Shown here: positions 35,970 through 45,777 of the stretch, piece by piece
How the letters are laid out: the number at the start of each line of letters is the position of its first letter
How positions within the stretch are numbered: the first letter of the stretch is position 1
DNA from: Epithemia pelagica
Lineage: Eukaryota; Protista; Bacillariophyta
Length of the DNA: 64,000 bases
Assembly: GCA_946965045.2 (NCBI GenBank)
Contig: OX337230.1
Span: forward strand, 4,154,001 to 4,218,000
Reading direction: 5' to 3'
Made by a program: the position numbers and the translations under genes
Notes under the pieces: generated by a model
Databases searched by the model: none
Told to the model about the DNA's origin: nothing
Seen by the model: the letters and a program-made list of their open reading frames with translations, nothing else

Positions 35970-36678
35970 TTAGTGTCCTGGAAGGTATCCCGAGGGAAGG
36001 ATGGAGTTGCCCAAGACTTCATGGGTGATCAAACCGGTGATTCCCATCATGGCGGCACGTCCTTGGTTGATTTCCGTGTTGCGTTTTCGGAGCTTGGTGG
36101 CATCGTCAAACTTGTCCCAGCCAAAGTCCAAGGCACCGTTGCGGAAATCACCAATGAATTCGGCCTTGCCAAAGGCATCGCGATTCACCATTTCGGCCAC
36201 GGCAAAAAAGGCCAACATTTGCAACAAGACCACCTTGCCTTCGGGAGTCGTGTGCATGGCCGGAAAGGCGGCCAAACCGTCCGGAATCGATTCGGCACCG
36301 GGGAATCGGATTCCGGCGGCCGTCACCAAGTAACCCACCACGGCCAACATGGACACACGGCCGTGCTTGATTTCCACATACCGCAATCGGTCAAATCGCT
36401 CTTGGTCTTCGTCGGCCAACAAACCGAGGGGATCAAAGAAACCAAGCTGTAATCCATTGGAATGAAAGAGTATCATCAAGCGTCCAACAACAACATGAGT
36501 GCTTTTTCCCAAGGAACAAACGTTTCGACCAGGACATTTTGTCTCGACTTACAGGAGCAGTGACACCGGGTTCCGAGGCAAACTTGTTGGCGGCCAAGGA
36601 GGTCGTGGAGGCCTTTTCGGAAGTAGGGGCAAAGGCAGCAGCCGAAGCAAGGAGGGTGGCAAACACAGCAGTCTTCAT
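35970..36678 (-). CDS. LHCF: Fucoxanthin-chlorophyll a/c binding protein (Lhcf-type), 2 exons
   Basis: MKTAVFATLLASAAAFAP bipartite presequence; intron 36447-36552; GFFDPLG, EIKHGRVSMLA and EINQGRAAMMG motifs. Confidence 0.96.
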
Positions 36679-36813
36679 GGTGATTCTTTGTTCGGTTGAT
36701 AGTGGGATGAACTTGAAACACACCTGCTTGTCGCAAAGATCGCGAGTTCAACTTGTTCTTCCTTCAAAGACGACAAGACAAACGAATCCAGACAGACTCC
36801 AGACACGAGACCA

Positions 36814-37440
36814 AAAAAAAAAAAAAAAACAATAGTCTATTTTAACGCTGCCGCACTTACCCGCTCGGAGTAAGCCGACCGACGCGCCGGGCCTAAAAGA
36901 AGGCGAGGACTAGCTACCAGTGCGCTGGGCAGCGTGTTAGGTAAACGAGAAAAGGCTTGCAGAGCGAAGGATCACTGGCCTCCAGGTGTTAATCCAGGAC
37001 CGAAGTGATATGGAAGACGTGTCAATGGTAAAATGTTGATCAAGCGAAGAATAGAACAAGGTCTGGTCAGATGGGTGAACAAGGTGGCGCATGTTGTACA
37101 GCGCGGTAACCTCCCGTTGGGCTTGGGCGTAGGCAGCAATTTCTTGAGTTTCAGGATTTGTGCCATGGGTATCTTCGTTTCGGCGAAGCCAAAGACGATG
37201 AGCATGATGCCAGATAATTTTGATGGAGCCGGATACGAAGAAGTGGCCCCGAAGTTTCGGTGACGTGAAATCGTGAGATTTGAGGTGGGAATCTTGAATG
37301 GACGCCCAGTGGGTGCTCATGCGACCATAAAAGAGCTGTTTCCAGCCAATGATATTTTGAGTGGTGAGTAAAGGATAGAGGTGGGAAGCATAGGATGTGG
37401 GAAGAGGAGTATCGTCCAACCAGTGATGAAGAGCGTCGGA
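36814..37440 (-). mobile_element. 5'-truncated non-LTR retrotransposon (Ambal-like) with 15-bp TSD and sense-strand poly(T) end
   Basis: Encodes the C-terminus homologous to 61221-63896 (QNIIGWKQLFYGR...WINTWRPVI). CCAGACACGAGACCA is duplicated at 36799-36813 and 37441-37455. The plus-strand A17 run lies at 36813-36829. Confidence 0.85.
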
Positions 37441-37561
37441 CCAGACACGAGACCATTTGGGTACGGGTTCGGTATCGGCGACCCCATTAAAGCGACCAAA
37501 TACTTCATTGGGTCGCGGGGGAAGTTTTCCTCCCAATCAACACGCAATCCACCCACACACC

Positions 37562-38021
37562 ATGAGGAAAATGACTAGGAGAGTGTTGGTGGTACCACTC
37601 TTGGTGGTGGTTCTACTACTACTACAACACACTCAAGGAGGCTATGCTCCCAAGGAAGCACCCGATCTACCAGCCGATGTGAGAAGTTGTTGTTGTTTGT
37701 GTTTGTGAGAGTTTGTGTGTAAAGTGTTTCCTCACGCCACCACCCACATGTGTTTGTCTCTCTGCTCGAACCCTCCAGTTTTGTCCCAAAGCAACGGGAG
37801 ATGTGACTGCGACAACGGGAGGTATGTAACGTGATAATTTGGTGGATATCCATCCGACGTGGCGGCGTTCGTGTCTCTCATGGTCCTTCTGTTACTACTT
37901 AGAATGCATGTGTCACTGGCAAGATCGCCGTGGATGCGTGGGATCGGCCTGTCAATATCAAATGGGTCTCGCGTTCTATCATTACTCCTGCAAAGACTGT
38001 CGATGTATTGCCGAGCCGTAG
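37562..38021 (+). CDS. Small secreted Cys-rich protein, 92 aa, 3 exons (37562-37678, 37779-37821, 37903-38021)
   Basis: Hydrophobic signal peptide (MRKMTRRVLVVPLLVVVLLLLQHTQG). Two GT-AG introns (100 and 81 nt) give a continuous frame with 8 Cys. Confidence 0.75.
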
Positions 38022-38169
38022 AGCTGGGGAAGCGGCATGTTGAAACCGAGAGCTCTTTTGATGGGAATCGACTTGTCGTCACGAGTGGACGGGCCTCTCT
38101 CCGGTAATCATCACCTCTTTTGCCTGAGAAAAGTCTGAAGGAATGGGACAAGATACACATCCCATATAT

Positions 38170-38624
38170 CGCTGTGTTTCGTTCGGTGGTGATTGACAAA
38201 GGTGCAAAGGTCCAATGGTATTCTAGGGCGGCCAGGTTGTGGAATGACGGCCAATCAGCTGAAGAACGATATATAGTATGTACAACAGATTTATTCGAAT
38301 GGATTCGTCTTTGTATTTATACAAACGCAGCAAGCGTATTTACATAGCATCCACCCCTCTTACTCTCTTTGTTCAAGCCCCACTGATTCCTCCTTCGCCT
38401 CGTCCATGGTTTCTTCTTCGTCTTCTTCGAGAGGGAGGACAAGCCTTTTTTGCGGTTTCACATAGGATACTAGCAGCATGTCCTCTTTTTGAAAGGATTC
38501 GTCACAGTCGGTAAATGACCCCATTCGTCCAACAAGTCATTATCATCATCATCTTCTTTTTCTTGGACAATTGTGGTGCTGGCACGTGTAACGTAGGAAC
38601 CAACACGGTCTTCACTTTCTCCAT
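38170..38624 (-). pseudogene. Diverged duplicate of the 3' end and 3' flank of the 42056-42865 gene (matches 41843-42278)
   Basis: Collinear direct similarity, including DDDD.DLLDEWGH; a 1-bp deletion shifts the frame after GH. Confidence 0.8.
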
Positions 38625-38763
38625 CTGGGACTACTAAGATGCCAAGTGGGCCAAGTTGCTGGAGGAAAGCAGGCACTCTTCCCATTATTGGGATGAGCAC
38701 GGATATGGATCCTTAATCTCTTGGAAAAGCGTCTTGTCCTGTTCCATGAGCTTGTCGTTGACG

Positions 38764-38855
38764 TTCTTGTTCTTTTCCATGAGCTTGTTCTCGAGAGTTT
38801 TATCCTTTTCCTTGTATAAAACTCTCAAGAACAAGCTCATGGAAAAGGACAAGAA
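38764..38855. repeat. Fold-back inverted repeat, 40-bp arms (2 mismatches), 12-nt loop
   Basis: TTCTTGTTCTTTTCCATGAGCTTGTTCTCGAGAGTTTTAT (38764-38803) versus ATAAAACTCTCAAGAACAAGCTCATGGAAAAGGACAAGAA (38816-38855). Confidence 0.9.
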
Positions 38856-38914
38856 GACGTCAACGACAATCAAAATTAAAACGTGCAGTCAAATCGATGA
38901 CCCAGGCCTTGCCC

Positions 38915-39141
38915 AAAAGGGTGAGATCTATTCTTCCAGCTGCCGCACGCACGTCGCAACGTGACGCCGACCGACTGCCCTGGCACTCGGAATCATGGAG
39001 CGGGGGGACAGCCCGCTTGTGACAAGGGGCCACATAGACGAACCGCTTTTTCGGGCCCCACATCTAGCCCTCCCAACCACCTTATCACAGCGGACTCGAA
39101 CCCTGGACCCTGGACACCCAGGAACCGAGACCATCGTGAGC
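38915..39141 (-). mobile_element. SINE-like element: degenerate tRNA-like head (A/B boxes) plus LINE-type 3' stem-loop
   Basis: B-box GGTTCGAGTCC (39092-39102); A-box-like TGGTCTCGG (39125-39133); 3' motif GTCGGTCG-hairpin-GCGGCAGC...AATAG (38928-38980) shared with both LINE ends; TTTT downstream. No TSD found. Confidence 0.55.
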
Positions 39142-39446
39142 AAAGGTCCGAACCAGCGGCTGGTGACCTTACTGATACTCAATTCGAATTTTAGATTCGG
39201 TCGCCTTTATATTCGGTCGCATATAGTCACCAGAATGCGCTAAAATCGCAATGCGGTGCTGGAGGAAAAGTTTTGTGGTGAGCATGAACTCATCAAAATC
39301 GCGCTTTGGGGCGTCGATAGAATGGACCCTGATGAGTACAGCAGCTTCGTGAGTCTCAAGTCTCAACATTCACCCCTACTTGGGGGTAGGAAAAAGAACC
39401 GAACGGTGGTGTGGAGTGTGGAGTCCATTTGCCGTTGGCAATTGTC

Positions 39447-41156
39447 ATGTCGGACGACGAGTTGGAGGCAGCAAAGACTGTATATATTGGACTACACGGA
39501 AATGAGGAAGGCTTCGATAAGTATTTTTCTCCTGGAACGAAGGTTTCTGAAATGACAGCAGCGGAGCTGCTTCAGCGACTTTCGATATCGAAGCCGTTCG
39601 CAGTCGACGACCATGTCATGTCGCCGGACGTGTACCACCAGAGACTTGCAGAGAATTTTTTGAAAATGGAGGAAGCAAATTTTATCGAAACTGTCGACAA
39701 TGGCGAGTTTGCCGCGTGTACTGATCTTCTCCTGCAGTGTCTTGACAGTCAAGACGATCTTCAGCCAACCCGTACATCGGCTCTCGTCTTGGAACGCTGT
39801 AGGCGCGGGGGCAAGACGTTTATGATCTCAGCCTTGGCCAGGAACTTGGCCCAAACAGTCAAGGGGAAAGACGTGTATATCGTGCAAATATCCCTAAATG
39901 GTGTCACACCCTATCAACCATCAGAGACGGCACTCAATGCAGTTTTCTCTCGCGTCGCCTATTTCCTTGCCAATCCGAAGGATCGTTTCCCGGCTTTCTG
40001 CAAGAAATACTCGGACTTCTCCTCTGTTGGAAGATGGCTTGAACAAAATCATATTGTTCTTTTAATAGACGAGCTCAATGTCATACCCAGCAACGCCAAG
40101 GGCTATGATGAGATGAGCGCCGTGCTGGATTTTCACGTGGCATCGAAAGGAGGTGCCCTTCTTTACTCGACACACCACAGCATTGAGCAAGATCTACTTC
40201 GAGGACGTCGACAGGGTTCTGCCTCAAAGTTGTCACATCGCGACCATAGATGGATGAGCATTCCTCGTATTGAAACTGAGGACCAACTCATTCGCAAGGG
40301 TACTTTTCAGTTCGGTTTTTGGTCCGCTGTACTCCGCGCCCGAATCCCCGCTTTGATTTGCCAAGACCAGTTTGCCATTGCTCGATATGCTGAAGAAGAC
40401 GGCAAAATGTTAGAAGATCGACAGATTGCTTTGGCTGCTGTGCATACGGGCGATTCTAGTGGTTTAAAGCCTGGTCGAGATTTGTTTCGGTCATACTCTT
40501 ATCATGGGAAGCAAGGCACCCAGCTGCTTCTATGGCCTCCTTTCATGATAGCCCAGCGGTCGGTGCTTGGCAAAAATTCTCCTCCTCTTCGAGAGATTCT
40601 CGAGCATCCAGAAATGAATGAAGCAAAGGCTTTCGAGGCGCTTGTGGAGCTTTCTGTCATTACCCGTCTGTTGTCGAACAGCAAGAATCGTCACAGATTC
40701 GTTCCGCGACACCCATTGGTTACCGATGACAACAGCTTGGATGCTACAGAAATCATGCATGTCCACAAGGGAAACGAGGACATTGAATCACTTCGCAAAG
40801 CAGTAGAGAGTGCTTTTCCACGCCAAACGGCAGTTCATGTACGTCAAGTGGTCGCAATCCCTCTCTACGATCAGTTTCCCAAGTATGACTTTTTCTTACT
40901 TCATCGCCGTAGCCGATTCCAAAACTGGAGTGTAACGGTGGGGTATCAGTGCCAGACGACGCCATCTTATCCTGATAAAACGCATGCAGCAGAGACCAAG
41001 CAAGTAAAACTGTCGGTATGGGTTGAAGGCAAGTGCCCTGGATCACGGAGTAAGAACGAAACAACCCACGGCTGGGAGATGATGGACGATGCGGAGCTCC
41101 AAAACTTTTTGGGCGCGTCTTTTTACCATTCTCTGGAACAAAATAATTCCCTCTGA
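39447..41156 (+). CDS. Crinkler-type P-loop NTPase + restriction-endonuclease-like domain protein
   Basis: Walker A-like RCRRGGKT, Walker B LLIDE; C-terminal FPKYDFFLL...GYQCQ resembling a PD-(D/E/Q)xK fold; intronless. Confidence 0.6.
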   Translation: MSDDELEAAKTVYIGLHGNEEGFDKYFSPGTKVSEMTAAELLQRLSISKPFAVDDHVMSPDVYHQRLAENFLKMEEANFIETVDNGEFAACTDLLLQCLDSQDDLQPTRTSALVLERCRRGGKTFMISALARNLAQTVKGKDVYIVQISLNGVTPYQPSETALNAVFSRVAYFLANPKDRFPAFCKKYSDFSSVGRWLEQNHIVLLIDELNVIPSNAKGYDEMSAVLDFHVASKGGALLYSTHHSIEQDLLRGRRQGSASKLSHRDHRWMSIPRIETEDQLIRKGTFQFGFWSAVLRARIPALICQDQFAIARYAEEDGKMLEDRQIALAAVHTGDSSGLKPGRDLFRSYSYHGKQGTQLLLWPPFMIAQRSVLGKNSPPLREILEHPEMNEAKAFEALVELSVITRLLSNSKNRHRFVPRHPLVTDDNSLDATEIMHVHKGNEDIESLRKAVESAFPRQTAVHVRQVVAIPLYDQFPKYDFFLLHRRSRFQNWSVTVGYQCQTTPSYPDKTHAAETKQVKLSVWVEGKCPGSRSKNETTHGWEMMDDAELQNFLGASFYHSLEQNNSL

Positions 41157-42055
41157 TTTGAGTTTGCGGGTCGACGAGGAAGTGAGTATAGTCATTGGGT
41201 TGCTTTTTTTTGGAGAACGAGGACGGCGTCCAATGTTCCGGCTGTTCGTTTCTCACAATCTTGAGGCGCGACACAAAACCCACAACTGGAAGACTTTGTT
41301 CTCTTTCGTATTCACAAGCGCTTCAACAGATGATGAGTTGGACGATGCCTTTGACACCGTCTTGGATGCAATCCAAGACAGCACTGCCCCAAGAAATATC
41401 GGTCTGTTGGCCGTAAGTTGGGATGAAACCGCTGGAGTCATTTGTGAATCAGTCATGCCGGAACCTGACTTTTAAAACAGTACCGTCGTTCCATGGAGTG
41501 ACCTCGATGAGGGCAATGGTCTCGCATTTCGTGGAACCATTTTGGTTCACGTGACAGCAACAACCACTGAAGTTGGAACATTCCCGGTGGTAGGCAAAGT
41601 TCCATCATCTCTAATGTTGCATCAACGATATGAGTCTGCATAGACGGTATCAACCATGGCATTACCTGGTTGCAATGATTTGATTGCAGGATGGCAGTTT
41701 ACACCTACAAACCGATTGCAAGGAGTAAGGGTTATCCAATCAACGACTGAAACCTTTCGCCGCAGAACCTCCATTCGACGGTAAAACTTTTATGCTTGAC
41801 TCACACACTGTCGTCCCGGATTGTCTTAAAGTCATGGGCATCCGCTGTGTTTCGTTCGGTGGTGATTGACCAAGGTGCAAAGGTCCGTTGGTATTATTCT
41901 AGGGCAGGTTGTGGAATGACGACCGATCCGTTGAAGAAGGATAAATAGTATGTACAACAGATTCATTAGAATTGATTCGTCCTTGTATCTATACAAACGC
42001 AGCAAGCGTATTTATATAGCATCCACCCCTCTCACTCTCTTCGTTGAAACCCCTT

Positions 42056-42865
42056 TTATTCCTCCTCCTCTTCGTCCATGATTTCTTCTTCTGGGAGGGT
42101 GGACAAGCCTTTTTGTGGGTTCACAGAGGATATTAATAGCACGTCCTCTTCTTGAAAGGATTCATCAAAGTCGGTAAAATGGCCCCATTCGTCCAACAAG
42201 TCATCATCATCATCGTCTTCGACAAGTCGGCTGCTGGCACGTGTGGAGTAGGAACCATCACTGTCTTCACTTTCCATTATGGCACCCTCTGACGAACAGA
42301 GGGAGGAATCCGAAACTCTTGTCGTGGGACCAGACTCTCCTTGTTTTCTTCTTTTGGTTTGGAATCGGAAAATGAATGGGAGCAAGCCAAACATGAGTGT
42401 GGAGGAAAAGCCATGATAGTGGAGTTTGAGAATCTCACACAGTTCGGTTCGAACCACTGGAACCTGCAGGGCCAAGATCAAGACGACCATGGCTTGAATC
42501 AGGCAAATGTGGTCCTGTGCTTGGAGTTGCTGCCTACTGGTGAAACAATCATGGACTGGATTCTGTGGCAGTGCTGGTTGGGGAGACTCGGTGCAGTCCG
42601 AAGAAGAAGAAGAAGCAGCATACTCGCTGCTGCTGCTACTCCGAAACGGGGATTGCGGTTCCGCGAGGGAAAGAGTAGACAGGGAATCGCAATGGGTACT
42701 ACAAGGCATTTTCTTCATGGCTTGAAAGGATCTTCGAAGCGCAGGAGAACGACGAGAGGAACTGAGGAGCGACGAAGAGGACGAGGAGAGGAGGGACCCC
42801 TCACTCTTTTTTGGCTCCAAGGGCTCCATCATCATTATCAAGGTTGCTGCCTGGGAGTGTCCCAT
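42056..42865 (-). CDS. Hypothetical Ser/acidic low-complexity protein (DEWGHFTDF motif)
   Basis: 269-aa ORF; its C-terminal motif is conserved in the diverged duplicate at 38170-38624. Confidence 0.55.
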   Translation of the reverse strand: MGHSQAATLIMMMEPLEPKKSEGSLLSSSSSSLLSSSRRSPALRRSFQAMKKMPCSTHCDSLSTLSLAEPQSPFRSSSSSEYAASSSSSDCTESPQPALPQNPVHDCFTSRQQLQAQDHICLIQAMVVLILALQVPVVRTELCEILKLHYHGFSSTLMFGLLPFIFRFQTKRRKQGESGPTTRVSDSSLCSSEGAIMESEDSDGSYSTRASSRLVEDDDDDDLLDEWGHFTDFDESFQEEDVLLISSVNPQKGLSTLPEEEIMDEEEEE

Positions 42866-43669
42866 TTGGATTGATTATTTGATTGGAAGGCGCAAATACA
42901 ATGTTCCTCTGGAGAGATGGTTTGGTCGTACTAATAGATTGCAAGAGTATATTACATCATCCTCCCCATCATGACTCTACTGAACCATGCCATCTCAAGA
43001 GGCAACCTCAAGGAGACGAAATTGATTGGACATTTTCAAGTTACCTTCCGAATGGCACCCTCTTGTGGCTCTAACGCAGTTCTACGTAGAAATTCTTTGC
43101 CATGCGTCATTTTGCTTCGATCCAATTCCTGCAATTCTTGACACCCCTTGACACCCATCACCCAATCCAGTCTTGTGATTGGTCCAACTATTCGAAAGAT
43201 GACTCACGTTACGAACTGAAACGAATCTCGCTCGTGTTGGATATTCCCCCAACTATGGATTCCAGGACCCGGAGGTTGGGGATGTCAATCTACGTATGTA
43301 GGATGACGCAATGCCGCTTTGTTCTGACGCAAGGAAACGTCATCGGAATTTGGACCGGCAGTCGCTCAATTTGACATCACTCAACTACTCCCTCCGATCG
43401 CCATCTCTTAATTTTCAGTGCGAACCGTCCCGGATGGATCGATCCAATCGAAGCGTAATAGGAAATAGGATACCTATGCAAGCAGTTAGGCAAGTTTCTA
43501 ACACACATCTACTCCTAGGTGATTGCTTACTTACTTTCATCCTTACTCCCTGAGAATCATCCATGATGAGAACTTGATACAACCGTAAAACAGCGTAATG
43601 TAATGTAGAACTACTAAAGCAAACCAAGGTTTTCCCATACAAAAAAAGACCCATCGCTCCACAAAATGT

Positions 43670-45169
43670 TCAAAAAATGTCGCCGGGGGAGGGATTGTTG
43701 AGGGACTGGAGTGGAATCGGTGTCGTATCATCCTGTGTGTGTTGTGGCGGTGGTTGTTGTTGTTGTTGTTGTTGTGGTGGTGGTTGTGGCAATTGTGGTG
43801 GTGTTGATTGATCCGGTGCAGTCCCTCCCTGCATTTGGGCCAACATGGATTGAAATTGCTGATGGCTCAAGGCCGTCGCCGCGGCAAACCCGGCCGCAAA
43901 CTGCGACGCAGCCGAACTCGCTTGATAAGCCGCGGCCATGTTGGGATTGGCAAAGGCCAGTTGGTTCGCCACAGCGAGCGGACCAGCCGATTTATCGCCC
44001 ATATTGTTCATGCTTCCCATAGTAAAGGGAAGGTTAAAGGGCATGGGCGTCAAAAAGTTGGATTGGGGAAGGACCACGGGAGCCGTTGGGTTGGCCGCCG
44101 TCATGGCAGCCGCTCCACCCGTCAATTGGTTTTCCGAAGCTCCCAACGACTGTTGAAAGGCGGCGAGGGCATGTTGATCGCTGGGCGTGAGTTTCGGCCC
44201 CGTCGTCGTACTGTCGGCCATACTCCCCGTTGGTTTGGGAGTTGGCATGGACGACGAGGATCCCGAATAAATGGGCATGCGAGCCTTGGGACCTCCTTGC
44301 AGTGTGCATTGCAAGAGAATGGATTCATCGTCCGCCTTTTCCGGTACCGGATGGACTTCGGAAATTTTGTAAAGGTCCGGTTCATGGTCCGGGTCCGCGG
44401 CTTGTTTTTCCGAAACGCCCGGACGCCTCATTCTCTTGCACAAATGCGGGAGACCCCGGAGAAACAAGGGATGGTAATAACTATTTCGGTCGCGGCTCTG
44501 GGTAATCCGTCGAAATCCCCACTGTCACACGACAATCCAGAAAAAAAGACAAACACGTTAGACACAACTCATTGGAGGCAACCTAGTAACCCTATCCGTT
44601 GAAAGTATATACCCTGCACGCACCCCATTGGCTTGCCGAATAAAGGAGGAAAACTTGGCATGTTCAAAGTAGGTTGGAATGACTCGGACTTCAAATTCAC
44701 GAGGTTTCAAGACGCGCCACGATCTCCCATGGGGCATCCACGAAATGATATCCGCCAAGTCTTGTCGACTCAGAATCGAGTGCATTTTGGCTGGAAAGTT
44801 GGGCACGCGGCCCGGCGGGGTCAAGGGCGTGAGGGGATCGGGATCGGTTTCGGACGAAAAGTCCTTGTAATAAAAAAAGGGAAAGGGTTGAATTTCCTTC
44901 TTGGGCATAAAGGCCGACATGGGTGGAACGGGAGGTCCGGCATAAATTCCGGCATCTTCTTGTGCCAAGGAAATTTTCTTGGCCGTAGACTCGAATATAT
45001 CTTCCTCGTGATGAGGATCCAAAGGATGATGATGATGACTCTCGTCTCGATCTCGTTTCATTCCCACCGTTGCCACCGTCGTCGATGCCGCCGCAAGGTG
45101 GTGGTCATCAAAGGTGATGTGATCAAAGTTCATGCTAGTCAAGCTCGAAGCAGAGGATACTGGATGCAT
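43670..45169 (-). CDS. HSF: Heat shock transcription factor, 2 exons
   Basis: FPAKMHSIL...IISWMPHGRSW...FSSFIRQANG|WGFRR...YYHPLFLRGLPHL; GT-AG intron 44522-44623. Confidence 0.93.
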
Positions 45170-45520
45170 GCAACGAACGGCACCTCACAACAGCTCCAAT
45201 CGAACGGCGTAATACTTAGAGCAGTTATTAGCACGGTGCACTGTGGTATTTGGCCTTGACTCACTCCCTGTGCAGTTGGGAGGAGTCGAATGAAATGACG
45301 TCATGCCATCCTCCGAAGATGATGTTCTGCAAATGAGCTTCACCCCGGGACTGGACGATTCTCTTCCCCTGCGCGAGTAATCAGTTTTCCGAAAGGCTGT
45401 TATCAGACATGATTAGGACATATAAGAATGTCATGAGGACTTCTGAAACAGCTGCATTGAGAGATGTTGCTCTTAGCAGTAAGCGAACCATCAGCTGTCG
45501 CTTCGACGTCCATCTGGTTT

Positions 45521-45613
45521 ACCCTCGGTATCAGTGTCCACTGCTTAGCTGTTTTTTGTCTGTGCCACTTCCATAGGTTCCCAAGTGGACACAGACAACA
45601 AAATTTTCTTTTT
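45521..45613 (+). repeat. Left TIR (93 bp)
   Basis: Exact reverse complement of 51915-52007, checked base by base. Contains an internal near-palindrome (GTCTGTGCCACTT...AAGTGGACACAGAC). Confidence 0.93.
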
Positions 45614-45777
45614 CACAATTCTATTTTTCTGATTTCATCAAATTTCCATTACTATCGAGCAAGCCCTCCTCCCGTTGGAATCAAACGCATGCCCACCATC
45701 CCACTGAATTCAAATCTCACTTTGTCACATCGCATGCTCTGTATTACTCATCTGCTGTTTTGCTGATTTGATGCGGT

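Noticed and set aside
39075-39141. Functional tRNA gene
   Set aside because: The A-B box spacing is too short and there is no proper anticodon arm; treated as a SINE-like head.
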